From a virus, in the IMG/VR virus record IMGVR_UViG_3300031993_000069: a stretch of DNA of 64,000 bases, one strand, 5' to 3'. Within the stretch, counting starts at the first letter, position 1; every line of letters starts with the position of its first letter. Below the pieces are notes generated by a model. The model did no database searches, had not been told where the DNA came from, and worked only from the letters and a program-made list of their open reading frames with translations. Of the stretch, positions 25,545-36,057 are shown piece after piece. The position numbers and the translations under genes are program-made.

Positions 25545-25848
25545 GGAAGTTATTGAACTTTTAAATAATATTCTCAAAGCAGCTTATGAATTCGGTTGGG
25601 AAGTCGGAGCGAGCTGGGATATTAATCATTATAAAGATTTAGTAGGTCCTAGTGGCTATCTTTATGATGATGCTAAAATAGATAATAATTTAAGAGAGAA
25701 TATTACAAAATTACTAGCAAAACTTGGATATAATCCAGAAAATTTCTATATTTATACTAAAGAAGATACTGGTTATCATTCATGCGACTGGGAATACATT
25801 GCACCAGTTATAGACTCTAAGGAGAAAGAAGAATGTCAAGAAAATTAA
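25525..25848 (+). CDS. hypothetical protein (107 aa)
   Basis: Overlapping start. Confidence 0.5.
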   Translation: MRNMMDKEVIELLNNILKAAYEFGWEVGASWDINHYKDLVGPSGYLYDDAKIDNNLRENITKLLAKLGYNPENFYIYTKEDTGYHSCDWEYIAPVIDSKEKEECQEN

Positions 25849-26168
25849 AGTTACTTGCAGGTGATACAATCAATTATATTGATTTAGAATTAACCTGGTG
25901 GATTGACGCTTATGATGAGGATAGCGGAAAGTTTCCTTATAAAATAAGATTTAGGGGAGCCGATGGAGGTAACTCTCAAACTATTGGTTGGAAAAAAGAA
26001 AAAGATAGAGATAACTATCTTGAAAAATTAGAAAAACTTCTTCATCCAGTTACATTAGAGGATGATGAGGAAGAGGAAGAAGCTGTTGTTCCCGAACCAA
26101 AAATACCTGAAACACCAAAAGAAGATGTATTAGCATCAGATTACGACCCAATGGAGGCAATTAAATAA
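25833..26168 (+). CDS. hypothetical acidic protein (111 aa)
   Basis: Overlapping start; DDEEEEE tract. Confidence 0.5.
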   Translation: MSRKLKLLAGDTINYIDLELTWWIDAYDEDSGKFPYKIRFRGADGGNSQTIGWKKEKDRDNYLEKLEKLLHPVTLEDDEEEEEAVVPEPKIPETPKEDVLASDYDPMEAIK

Positions 26169-26371
26169 TGGAAAGATTACAAGTTAAATTCTGCAAAGGC
26201 GAAAAAGAATTAAATGAATTTTTAATGACATTAAATATTGGACATGTTGGTTATCCACAACTTCAATCAATTAACTATGTCGCTGAAATTCAAGGCAAAG
26301 GTTCTGATGTTGAAATCAATATGGGTAGCTCAGTCATTGCTGCCGTTCAATACTTTGTAGAGGTAGAATAA
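26168..26371 (+). CDS. hypothetical protein (67 aa)
   Basis: ATG overlaps the upstream stop. Confidence 0.45.
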   Translation: MERLQVKFCKGEKELNEFLMTLNIGHVGYPQLQSINYVAEIQGKGSDVEINMGSSVIAAVQYFVEVE

Positions 26372-26667
26372 TGGACCCAATTTTCAATGAATCCGAAAGA
26401 ATTGAAAGATTAATCAAGGCAAGCAAAAAGTCTCCTGAAAAAGCCATTTTAAAGCTTGTAGAGGAGACTGGTGAGCTAGTCAGTGCCATCGAAGCCTTGA
26501 CTAGTTATAAACATGGAGATTATACTCATGTTCAGGAAGAGGCAATTGATGTCCTTCAATGTGCAATGAGCATATATTTCTTAATACAAAACGAAAAACC
26601 ATTTGATGGCGAAGCTATTATGAAAGCTAAGGATGACAAGTGGGAAAATAAGTATTTAAACAAATAA
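26371..26667 (+). CDS. MazG-like nucleotide pyrophosphohydrolase domain protein (98 aa)
   Basis: EETGELVSAIE...EEAIDVLQCAMSIYFL matches the MazG EExxE/D...DxL pattern. Confidence 0.5.
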   Translation: MDPIFNESERIERLIKASKKSPEKAILKLVEETGELVSAIEALTSYKHGDYTHVQEEAIDVLQCAMSIYFLIQNEKPFDGEAIMKAKDDKWENKYLNK

Positions 26668-26883
26668 AATTTAATTATCGTATAATATTTTAGAACTTCT
26701 ATGTAGGGCAATTTTATTCGCTAAATTAATGTGACGACGTAAGTTGTCATTACATAGAAAAGGGCACAACCACGGTAACGTGGCGTCGCAAAACTAAAGG
26801 GCCTTGGGAGAGGCAGCCAGTTGCTTCTGTGAAACCGTTATTCATGGAAGTTTTTTATTTATATGGACAAGGAGAACACACAC

Positions 26884-27537
26884 ATGAAATTAAGAAACAA
26901 ATTAGCAGCTATCACAGCTGCAGCAATGTTAGCATTTGCCGGCTTAGGCTTTGCTGCTTGGACATTCACAAATTCTGTCGAAGTTGAGAAAGAAGCATCT
27001 TCAATTGTTACAGTTGCAGTTGAAACAAATGCAGTTAAGCTTTATACAGATTCTGGTTTAACGGATGAACTAGAAGCGAGTGAACACATTTATTTAATTG
27101 CAGATGCTCCATCAACAGGAGCTGGACATTTAGCAGGAAAAGGATTACATTGGTCTCTTTCTGCTGATAATTCTACAGATCCTATTACTGCACTTTATGT
27201 TGTTCCACAAATTAAGTATAATGCTGAAGACCTTAAGGATATTACAACTGTCAACTCCACAATTACTGCTACTTCTGATGCATTAGTTGTTGAAGATGTA
27301 AATTATACCTATTTCAGTATTGCTGCTTTAGCTATTGATAATGGTGCTTCAACTGTCAATTTAGGCAGTGCAACAACAGATACAGTAATTGCATCATCTG
27401 CTTATACTTTAAATCTTCCAACACTTGAATATACTTATGTACCAACAAATGTTGCTGAAGTTACTGCTATGCATACAGCATTAGCTGCTGCAACTATTAC
27501 ATTCAGCATTTCAAGTGAAATTTCAAGCGTTGCTTAA
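26884..27537 (+). CDS. TasA/camelysin-like secreted protein with SipW-cognate signal peptide
   Basis: The signal peptide ends ...LGFAAWTFTNSVEV, which resembles the TasA/CalY motif GGTWAAFND. Ser/Thr/Ala-rich mature region. ATG at 26884 behind RBS AAGGAGAACA. Upstream motif GCTAAATTAAT at 26720. Confidence 0.6.
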   Translation: MKLRNKLAAITAAAMLAFAGLGFAAWTFTNSVEVEKEASSIVTVAVETNAVKLYTDSGLTDELEASEHIYLIADAPSTGAGHLAGKGLHWSLSADNSTDPITALYVVPQIKYNAEDLKDITTVNSTITATSDALVVEDVNYTYFSIAALAIDNGASTVNLGSATTDTVIASSAYTLNLPTLEYTYVPTNVAEVTAMHTALAAATITFSISSEISSVA

Positions 27538-27553
27538 TTAAGAGGTTTAATTT

Positions 27554-28360
27554 ATGACATCAATTACGATTATTACAATAGTCGTAGTTGCACTCTTAAC
27601 TGTATTAATCTTTGGTTTAGCTTGGCTAGGTTATAGCTCTTGTTTAAAAAGCTATAAAATGGAGGTTGACCAAGGAAAACATGATGCTGAAATATTCAAA
27701 GAGTATCATTCTAAAAAGAAAAATAAAGGAGGACTAATTGGACTTATTGGTTCATACTTAGCCCTCCTCGCTTTATCTGGGCTATTTGTAACGGGAATAG
27801 TCTATAAAGCAAATGGTGAAAATTTTACTATTAATAATCAAACAGCCTTAGTTATTAAATCAGGGTCTATGTCTGAATATTATAGCGAAGAACTTGCTAA
27901 TAAATACTCAATTTATCCAGAATATCACTTTAATGTTGGAGATATTTGTGTATTTGAAAAGGTATCGGAAGATACTGAATTAGTTGAGGGTGAAGTCTAC
28001 GGCTATAAATACAAGAATATTATTATCACTCATAGACTTATTGGGTCTTTTGGAGATACGTATGAGTTTAGAGGAGATAATAACCCAGTTTCTGATGGCC
28101 TTTTAATTAAAAAAGCTAGTATTTTATATCATTATACTGGCAATAAAGTACCAGGAATTGGTGCCTTTGTTTTATATGCACAATCTTATTTTGGTATTTG
28201 GTCATTAGTTGGTATTATTGGGGTAATGACTAGCTCTGAGGTTGTTTATCATAAGATAGATAAGATAAATAAAGAAAGAGATAAAAAGCTTGATCCAAAG
28301 TTTATTCCGGAACCACCAAAGCTAAAAGAAAGAAAGCGAGGTAAAAAACATGAAAAATAA
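27554..28360 (+). CDS. ER/archaeal-type signal peptidase I (S26B, SipW-like)
   Basis: Box B VIKSGSMSEYY, box D IIITHRLI (catalytic His) and box E RGDNNPVSDG (GDNN, with no SPase-I Lys box) are ER/SipW-type hallmarks. N- and C-terminal TM segments. Confidence 0.75.
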   Translation: MTSITIITIVVVALLTVLIFGLAWLGYSSCLKSYKMEVDQGKHDAEIFKEYHSKKKNKGGLIGLIGSYLALLALSGLFVTGIVYKANGENFTINNQTALVIKSGSMSEYYSEELANKYSIYPEYHFNVGDICVFEKVSEDTELVEGEVYGYKYKNIIITHRLIGSFGDTYEFRGDNNPVSDGLLIKKASILYHYTGNKVPGIGAFVLYAQSYFGIWSLVGIIGVMTSSEVVYHKIDKINKERDKKLDPKFIPEPPKLKERKRGKKHEK

Positions 28361-29336
28361 ATTTTTACTCGCATTAATTAGCTTATTTGCTGTAACAGCT
28401 TTGATTGGAACAACCTATTCAGCTTGGACATTTACTAATGACCCAAGTATAACTAATAATGTTCAAATTGAAGTGCCTACTTGGAATTTCTTAACAGACC
28501 CCGGTTTTGCTAAACTTGATAATGTTAGAAATGTAACAAACTTAGTAGCTTCAAAAGAAGAGTCTATCACAGTAGGAAGTTCTGAGGCGCTTAGATTAAC
28601 TAGCACAACTGGAACATCTACAAAAGACCATACTGTAAATATTAATTTAGACCGAGACTATTATCTTTCTGAAATTCAATTCTTTAAGTTTGAGTTTGAT
28701 TATTATCATAGATATAAGAGAGAACAATATAATAAAGGTTTCCCAACAGTTCAATTTACAATTAATAATTCTACTTTGGGAACAAATCAAGGTGGAACTG
28801 ATACTTGCACAAGCAAGTCTCCATTTGTTGCTACGGCTATCGATGAAGATTGGTGGCATTTAGAATATTATATATTCGCTCATATGCCAACAATTGCCAA
28901 AGGTAAAGATACTCCAATTGCTACAACTAAAAAGATAAATGGCGTTAGAATCACTGATAGAACTATGTATGACTACGCTGGCACAACAGCTTATGTAGTT
29001 ATAGATAATATGCAATTTAGTGCTGAACCAACTTCAAGATTAGGTATCTTCAATAGATGGACAAGTGATGTTGTTGGAAATTTATTCTGGTTTAAAGTTG
29101 CTTGGTCTAGCGAAATACATTCTGTTAAGCTTTATTCAAGTGATACAAGCATAGCTGTTCCAGAATTCGATCCAACCGATACAGTTTCTACAAGCTATCC
29201 ATTCCCAAATGGAAGCCCATTCTACTTTGAATTATTACAGCCAGGAACTGTTAGATTTACTGCTGTATTAGAAATTGGTGATAATCATGATATTTATACC
29301 ATTATTTCTGATAATTTCACGGTAAATGCAGCTTAA
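28350..29336 (+). CDS. TasA/camelysin-like secreted protein with SipW-cognate signal peptide (paralog of 26884)
   Basis: Signal peptide ...LIGTTYSAWTFTNDPS; 328 aa. Confidence 0.6.
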   Translation: MKNKFLLALISLFAVTALIGTTYSAWTFTNDPSITNNVQIEVPTWNFLTDPGFAKLDNVRNVTNLVASKEESITVGSSEALRLTSTTGTSTKDHTVNINLDRDYYLSEIQFFKFEFDYYHRYKREQYNKGFPTVQFTINNSTLGTNQGGTDTCTSKSPFVATAIDEDWWHLEYYIFAHMPTIAKGKDTPIATTKKINGVRITDRTMYDYAGTTAYVVIDNMQFSAEPTSRLGIFNRWTSDVVGNLFWFKVAWSSEIHSVKLYSSDTSIAVPEFDPTDTVSTSYPFPNGSPFYFELLQPGTVRFTAVLEIGDNHDIYTIISDNFTVNAA

Positions 29337-29351
29337 AATATCAAAATTTAT

Positions 29352-30170
29352 TGTATAGTAATATATAGTTCCCCTGTGTCGGGGGTCCTGGTGCTAAAAA
29401 GTGGTTGTCATTGCCGGCCCGGCTGCCTCGGTAAGTCGCGGTTATCGATATAACCCGGTGTCCTTGCGGACTATTTCCAGGAATAACGAGCGCGAGCCCA
29501 CCTAGTCGGAGAGTCAGACCGCAACACCTGACGTTAAATCAATGTTCCTCCGTGAATAGGCAGTGGGAGAAGAGTAGGATACAAATGGCAGCGTGCCCGC
29601 AGAAGAAACTATTTCAATAATTTACAACGCTTAGGCGTTTAAATAGAGGATGACTAGTAACGCAAAGGAGTTCGACCTCGATAAAAAATGAATCCTTAGG
29701 TCAAGCTGAAATGACATAATTCAGCAGAATAAACTGTGTAAATTCGTGGCGTGAAAGAACGAGGCTGAAGATGAGCTGAGGCCGTGACGCTGGCCCACGT
29801 TAAAAAGAGAAGGAACGGGACTCTCATTAAATTGAGATTAGAGCCTACATGGTAGGCGGTAAGATGAAAATATAGGACGATGCCTGTCAGCATTGAGTAA
29901 ATGGGTAAGACTCTTGGAATAGACCTTAGATAAAGCCTTTAGAGTAGCGAAACCATAACACCTATATGGCCCTACAGCGGTCCCAGACGGACTCCACTTA
30001 ACCCCCCTCATTTATTATATCCCGAAGATGTAAACATCATCATTACTTGTAAGGCCTAGGTAATAGGCAAAGAAAAGGGAGAATGGGGCAGCTCATAAGA
30101 CACGTCCGAAGATGACGTTAAAGGTCTAATGAAGCTTAACTCGCAAAATAGTTAAGTTTTTATTTTTCTT
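29352..30170 (+). ncRNA. giant structured ncRNA candidate (~0.8 kb, GC-enriched, ORF-free)
   Basis: Follows promoter TTGTATAGTAATAT (29342) and opens with a GC hairpin CCCCTGTGTCGGGGG. About 48% GC against ~30% in the flanks. No ORF above 65 aa on either strand. Confidence 0.45.
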
Positions 30171-30289
30171 AAAAAATGATACGCTAAATTTATTACTACG
30201 GACTTTCCAAAAAAGTATCGTATAATATTTTAACGGATTCGCGAATTGGTATCCATAGCAATTCAGTCCGAAAGAGCAAGGAGAAAGAT

Positions 30290-30643
30290 ATGGAAAGAGA
30301 CACATTAGAACAATTCAGTAATAATCTTGACGAAAGTCGTAAAGCTGAATTAAAAGAACTAAAAAACTTACAAGAAAAGAAACTCAATAATGCAGAAGCA
30401 TTAATTGAAAAAAAGAAAATCTTAGCAAGTGAAGCGAAAAACATCGCAGAAACTAGCCAAATTCCTCTAACGCATATTTATAAATGTATTAGAGAGGAAG
30501 CTAAGGAAGGCAGAGTAAAGCTTGATTGGGGCATTTATAATATGAGCTCCAAATGCATTGAACTCACAAAAGAAGCCTTAATTAAAGATGGCTATTCAGT
30601 CGAAGTAAATAAAGACGAAAACTTATTAAAGATTAGTTGGTAA
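30290..30643 (+). CDS. hypothetical coiled-coil protein (117 aa)
   Basis: Promoter TCGTATAATATTT (30221), RBS AAGGAGAAAG. Confidence 0.55.
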   Translation: MERDTLEQFSNNLDESRKAELKELKNLQEKKLNNAEALIEKKKILASEAKNIAETSQIPLTHIYKCIREEAKEGRVKLDWGIYNMSSKCIELTKEALIKDGYSVEVNKDENLLKISW

Positions 30644-30649
30644 TATCGG

Positions 30650-32830
30650 AGTAATCCGTTATTATATATCTTCCTGAAAATCTTTGGACAAAAGCCAAAG
30701 CGAATGATTGCATAAGTTGTATCGAGTGCAATCACGAGAAAGGGTACGCTGGGATGCTGGGAAGTAAAATATAGTGCACCAGTAATTGTCGGTGGCAATA
30801 TAAAACCGTTCGACGGAGATACAACTCTTGATCGATAAAGGCCTTGTTGATGGGTGAGGCTAGTGACCTCTTCAGGTAGAAATGAATCAACAGTATTAGA
30901 GCTTAAAAAGCACTCATAGAGGAAAACACCGAAATGTTCCAAAGGGGCTGACGAAATCCTAAGCGTCTATAAATAAAGTTTAGTGGAGCTTTATGAACGA
31001 GTGGTTGATTACCCAACGGTCCGCTTTACGAAGCGTTAAGAGGTTGGTAGGGGTTAAAGTTGTCTACCTATAATCACAAAACAACTGCTTCCTTGGCTAA
31101 TTTAGTCCGGTAGGAAGCTTATCAAAAGAGAGGTTGGGCATTCCTCCCCACATTGTGGTATTCCTTAATTGGATTTCTTCGGTAATTTATTACCGCTTCC
31201 TTGCCCGGCGGGCTAGGCTACCGCCCTCCTTCTGTTACCTAGCTAATGCAGAACGGTATTTTCTTAGGATATACTTCAGGTATGTCCTCTGATGCTAATT
31301 ACATCTGAATAAGATGCGATTATATATCAACATGTTGATTGCCAGTAAGCCATATGACTAGACATGAGCTTGCTCTTGAAAAGGCGCAACGGGGTTTGAT
31401 GAGAAAGTGACCACAACTAGTTATTAAAATCATCCGAGGATGCTATAAATACCTCGTTAAAAACTAATAGTTAAATAACCGTTCTCGATACGCCTCTTAA
31501 CAATGCGCAACAATCGGGCCTTCGTAATTCATAACAAAACCATGAGTATGGACGCATACGATGATTGGCACAAAAGGAATTACAAATCTGGCCGACCCAA
31601 TGGATAGTTTGAGGTGCGACTCCTCAATTGGTCTCAAAAAGCCCATGCAGCAGTAACCAGGGCTAATACTAAGACGTCAAAACGTGAAAGAGTCTGCTGC
31701 AAGAAGGAAAACTATAAACCTCCGGTTGGTGCCCGGCTAAACTGTAAGAAACAAGCTGCCTTTAAACAGTATAAAGATTAGGGGTGCGGAACTATCGCTG
31801 ATGTTAGCCTGTAGGAAAAGCGTCATAATGAGAGGCCAAAGGTTGTTGTGGTAAGAGCATGAACCGCGTTAAGCACAAGCGGGGAACAGCAGTAATGAAA
31901 CCGTGGTTTGGAATGACCTCATAACTAACCTAAAAATCCACAGAAATCGTTTCTGGACGTACAAACCAGATGGTAACCTTGAAATAGGTGCGAGAAGGAA
32001 AACTTAGCCAAACCCGTATTTAGCTTAATGTGGAAGCTTTATTCCAGCTTTGTTAGTGTGCTTTGTTGATACGTTGTTATCTAACAATGGCGGTTCGTCC
32101 GCAGGAGCAGCATTAAGAAATTCGTCTAAAACTATTCTATACATAATTTATTTATAGATTATGTAGGGGGAACCAAATACCGAGCCCATGAATCATAAAG
32201 ATCGGCGTCGAAGCAACGAAAGCTGCCATGTTGTCCGTGCACGGCGAAAGAAGGAACGGTCTAACGCAGTTGTCTAACGGATTGATTCACCGTTATAGAT
32301 TCTCACACAGAGAGGAGTACTGCTAAAGTAATGGTCAACATAAGGTTTGCGGTGATTATCTATGATAATTATAAAAACCTCGGTGAACTAGTTGACAGAG
32401 GCACGAAAAACCGCAATTTTCAAAAGAGAAGGAGCTTAATTGTTCCAATCTATCGTTTCCACCACCTGGTACTGATTATCGTGGAAGTCTTCTATGACTA
32501 TTTGTGGACGACCTAGCGCCTATATGGCTGACACTGTAAGACTTAGCATCTTATAAGGCTAGAGAAAGCCGGGGAAACTCCAGGACGGGTCTTGTTATTA
32601 CCCTGCTAAGAGGCGAAAGCAATATAAAAACACCCGAGTAAATCTAAGAACCTGCAATTTGGGGTTGAGCCCAGTTGAGAATTGAATAGGTAGTGCATTC
32701 ACTCAACAATGCTTATTAGCTTATGGCTCGAGGTTATCTCGCGCGACTAATAAGAAGAGCCCATGACGATAGGGAGCCGAATGGCATGCTATGTCCAGCA
32801 CTACATTTTTTTATATTTAAAATACTGTAT
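30650..32830 (+). ncRNA. second giant ORF-free structured RNA region (~2.2 kb), possibly several ncRNAs
   Basis: 2.2 kb with only two marginal ORFs (61 and 116 aa, the latter antisense and overlapping). GC-enriched, with many long-range complementary segments. Bounded downstream by the 32826 promoter. Confidence 0.4.
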
Positions 32831-32892
32831 AATATAATAGTTCAAAAGTCTCAAAAGGACGATTTGTAGCCCAAAAGGCGAAGGAGAATTAT

Positions 32893-33759
32893 ATGTCACG
32901 ATTTTCAGGAAAATGTGATTTATTTGATCACATCTCAGGACGTGGCGGCTGATATGACAAAGACGGAAATCCCGTTAAGTTTGGTCAAGAAGGCGTTGGC
33001 GTCTATTATTCAGATGAAATGCAAGATTTTATTGCATTCAAAAAAGAAACTGGCGGGGTAATCCATCAACATAAAAAAGTCAAGGTTGATGAGTGGAATC
33101 AAGATGAAGTAGCTAAACATTGCAAGTTTTTTAAAGTTATTCCTCATGAAGAAATTATTAAAGATAAGCGCTATAATGGTGGGGAGAGAAAACAAACAAC
33201 TTATACCTATAGCTATTATGGTAAAGAATATACATTAAAAGAGCTTAATAAACATGGTGTTTGGGTAGAAATTGATATTCATTTTAATACAATTTTAGAC
33301 TTAATTCCTTATTATCCATACTTAGTTGCTTGTGCAGCTTATAGTGATGGAAAAGCTTATGTTGTTATTTCACAAGAAAGCTATGTTACAGAAGAAAGAG
33401 ATGAACATATTGAACATGGATATTTCAGTGAATTCTGGGAACATTATGCTAAGGAATTACAAGACCATTATAGAGAAATTGTCTTAACTTATTTCAATCC
33501 AGAAGGAAGAGAAAGAGTTAAAGAAATTACTTTTGATGAAAATGGATTAGGTTATGTAGGTGAGCCTATTGATTATAACTTTGATCCAGATTGGCGTTGG
33601 GAAGATGGAAAGCGCCATGACCATTGGACTTCCCCTAAATTAGTTGATGCTGAAAAAGGCTGTATCAAAATTAGTGAGGAAGACCAACGACACTATATTG
33701 GAAATAAAGCATTAGTCTATTATGTGACCACAAAAAATGCTAAATTATATTTGGGGTAG
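32893..33759 (+). CDS. hypothetical protein (~288 aa) with in-frame TGA at 32950
   Basis: ATG at 32893 with RBS AAGGAGAATTAT. Frame-continuous with track ORF 33019..33759 across one TGA (GRGGWYDKDG). Confidence 0.6.
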
Positions 33760-33764
33760 GGAAG

Positions 33765-34139
33765 ATGGCACAAGAATATAATCAACACTATTTCAGTAAG
33801 GAAGAAGTCAAGAAAGGCTTACCTTGGAAATTTATTAAACAATTATTTGAACTATTCAACGAGTCTGACGAGCATCGTATTGATATGCATATTTATCAAG
33901 AAGATTGTGAAGCGATGGTCGTTGAGTGGACTCAGCAAAACTGGAAGTACTTAAATGAAGAAGGTGGCTTCCAATACGTCAACAGTGATCAACAGGTCAT
34001 GCAAGAATTATATTTACCTGACAACTCTGTTGTTATGTGTTATAATGATGCAGATGCAGAGGAAACTTTGCAAGAATGGTTAAAGGAACATCCAAAATAC
34101 AAAAAGAATTCCAATAACAGATGGGTTGAAGAAGAATAG
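33765..34139 (+). CDS. hypothetical protein (124 aa)
   Basis: ORF with RBS GGGAAGATGG. Confidence 0.5.
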   Translation: MAQEYNQHYFSKEEVKKGLPWKFIKQLFELFNESDEHRIDMHIYQEDCEAMVVEWTQQNWKYLNEEGGFQYVNSDQQVMQELYLPDNSVVMCYNDADAEETLQEWLKEHPKYKKNSNNRWVEEE

Positions 34140-34292
34140 ATGAAAAAGACTTTATTAAAAATTCTTAAAACAATTGGTGCTGTTCCGCTCTGTTTAGTTG
34201 GAGCGGTTTGTTTAATACCATTTGCAATTATATTTTTATTGATTGATTTGCCATTATTGGCTATTGATGATATTTGGCATAAGGAGGACTAA
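34140..34292 (+). CDS. small membrane protein (50 aa)
   Basis: ATG overlaps the upstream TAG (TAGATG); two hydrophobic segments. Confidence 0.35.
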   Translation: MKKTLLKILKTIGAVPLCLVGAVCLIPFAIIFLLIDLPLLAIDDIWHKED

Positions 34293-34295
34293 AAC

Positions 34296-35243
34296 ATGAA
34301 ATACTTCGTTGTATCAGACATTCACAGCTTTGACATTCAGCTAAAAAATGCGCTAAAAGCTGCTGGTTTTGAAAAAACTAACAAAGACCATACTTTAATC
34401 GTTTGCGGCGATATTTTTGATCGTGGTGCCGGTACAATGGAATTATTCAAGTTTTTATACTCAATTCCAAAGAAACGTTGCATCCTAATTAAGGGCAATC
34501 ACGAAGACTTATATTTAGAGCTTCTTAAAAAGAAATTCCCAGATGGATATGACTTCTCAAACCATACCGTAGATACTTTCTGTCACATTGCGGGTTATAG
34601 CCCAGAAATCATGACTGCTAAGTATTGGTATAAGCTTGGTGAAGAAAATCCATATGAGAGAATGCAACAAACCTGGCAAGAAATTCTAAAAGAAGTTAGA
34701 GAAAATAAGATTACAGGCTGGCTAAAAAGCAATCAATGGAGAAACTTCTATGAATTAGATAAATATATCTTCGTTCATAGCTTTATTCCATTAATTAATC
34801 TTGACGGCCAACCAAGCTGGTATATCAACAATAGAAAATTCCATTACTTTGCCAATTGGCGTACTGATGCTACTGAATTAGAGTGGTATGATGCCAGATG
34901 GGGATGTCCATATCAAAATTATCTTGACGGCTACTTCAAACACGAAGAGGAAGAAGGCAAGGTATTAGTTTGCGGACACTGGGTTGTAACTGACTTTAGA
35001 CAAGCCATAAACAACAGAATGACCGACAATACTGATATTTATTACTCAGAACATTTAATTGGCCTAGATTGTGGCGTTTGGCACTATAAAGGCACAAGCG
35101 GATATTATCATCCACAAAATGTTCTTGTAATTGATGACTCAGACTTCGATACTTGTTATGACCAACGTGGTAATAAGTTAGAATACGAGAAATCAGTTCC
35201 AATTATTCGAACAGTTACTCCAAAAGATGGAGAAGAATTCTAA
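34296..35243 (+). CDS. calcineurin-like metallophosphoesterase (PPP-family phosphatase-like)
   Basis: Motifs VSDIHS, GDIFDRG, GNHE. Confidence 0.85.
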   Translation: MKYFVVSDIHSFDIQLKNALKAAGFEKTNKDHTLIVCGDIFDRGAGTMELFKFLYSIPKKRCILIKGNHEDLYLELLKKKFPDGYDFSNHTVDTFCHIAGYSPEIMTAKYWYKLGEENPYERMQQTWQEILKEVRENKITGWLKSNQWRNFYELDKYIFVHSFIPLINLDGQPSWYINNRKFHYFANWRTDATELEWYDARWGCPYQNYLDGYFKHEEEEGKVLVCGHWVVTDFRQAINNRMTDNTDIYYSEHLIGLDCGVWHYKGTSGYYHPQNVLVIDDSDFDTCYDQRGNKLEYEKSVPIIRTVTPKDGEEF

Positions 35244-35275
35244 AAAAAAGGGTTTACAAACCCTCTTTTTTATTG
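35243..35275 (+). terminator. rho-independent terminator
   Basis: AAAAAAAAGGGTTTACAAACCCTCTTTTTTATT. Confidence 0.85.
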
Positions 35276-35299
35276 TATATTATATATGAGGTATTAAAG

Positions 35300-35995
35300 A
35301 TGATTAGCATTTTATACGACATTTTCAAACATTGGAGTGCTAAAGGATCAGTCTATATTATTAGCGATCCTCATTTTCTTGATGCCGAAAGCTTTGAATT
35401 CAGAACTGCCCAAGGGAAACTTCCAAAAGATGTTACTACTATTGAGGCTTTGGCTGAATATCAAATCAAAGAAATCAATAAGATTTGTCATAAAAATGAT
35501 ACATTAATTTGCTTAGGAGACGTTGGTGACATCGAATGTGTCAAGAAATTAAAAGCTGGACATAAGGTTTTAATTTTAGGAAACCACGATAGGGGCAAAG
35601 ACTATTACATGAGAAAAATCAATTATATTATGGACAATGCTAAAGGCACTGTTGAGATTGATTTGAACATGTATAGAGTTGAAGATAACCATTTATTCGA
35701 TGAAGTCTATGCTGGACCGCTCATGATTTCTGATAAGATTTTATTGTCTCATGAACCAATTATCCCATGTCCTGACTATATTGTTAACTTATGTGGACAT
35801 GTTCATGCAAATGGACACAAATTCAAGGTCAAAAAGCATCAATATTACAACTTCTGTGCTGAAGCAATTCATTATAAACCTGTTTCATTGGCTGAACTAA
35901 TCAAGCATGGGTTACTAAGTGGGGTCAAAGACATTCACGAGGTTACGGTTGCTGGCGCAGTTGCTAGAAAACAACACAAAACTAAGGCTGAGTAA
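35300..35995 (+). CDS. calcineurin-like metallophosphoesterase (second copy)
   Basis: Motifs ISDPHF, LGDVGD, LGNHD. Promoter TTGTATATTATAT at 35276. Confidence 0.8.
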   Translation: MISILYDIFKHWSAKGSVYIISDPHFLDAESFEFRTAQGKLPKDVTTIEALAEYQIKEINKICHKNDTLICLGDVGDIECVKKLKAGHKVLILGNHDRGKDYYMRKINYIMDNAKGTVEIDLNMYRVEDNHLFDEVYAGPLMISDKILLSHEPIIPCPDYIVNLCGHVHANGHKFKVKKHQYYNFCAEAIHYKPVSLAELIKHGLLSGVKDIHEVTVAGAVARKQHKTKAE

Positions 35996-36057
35996 ATACG
36001 CTCAGTCTTTTTATTTTGCTAAATTAACTGATATCCAAATCAAAAAGGAGTTAATTT

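Noticed and set aside
30592-30942. 116-aa minus-strand ORF overlapping the 3' end of CDS 30290..30643
   Set aside because: It is antisense to a supported + strand gene, has no RBS, and sits in a genome where every other gene is on the + strand.
29352-32830. The 3-kb non-coding block as rRNA genes
   Set aside because: No 16S/23S universal signatures (for example GTGCCAGCAGCCGCGGTAA, or the 23S GGATGCCTTGG start) were found. GC and structure are elevated but nothing rRNA-like is seen by eye.
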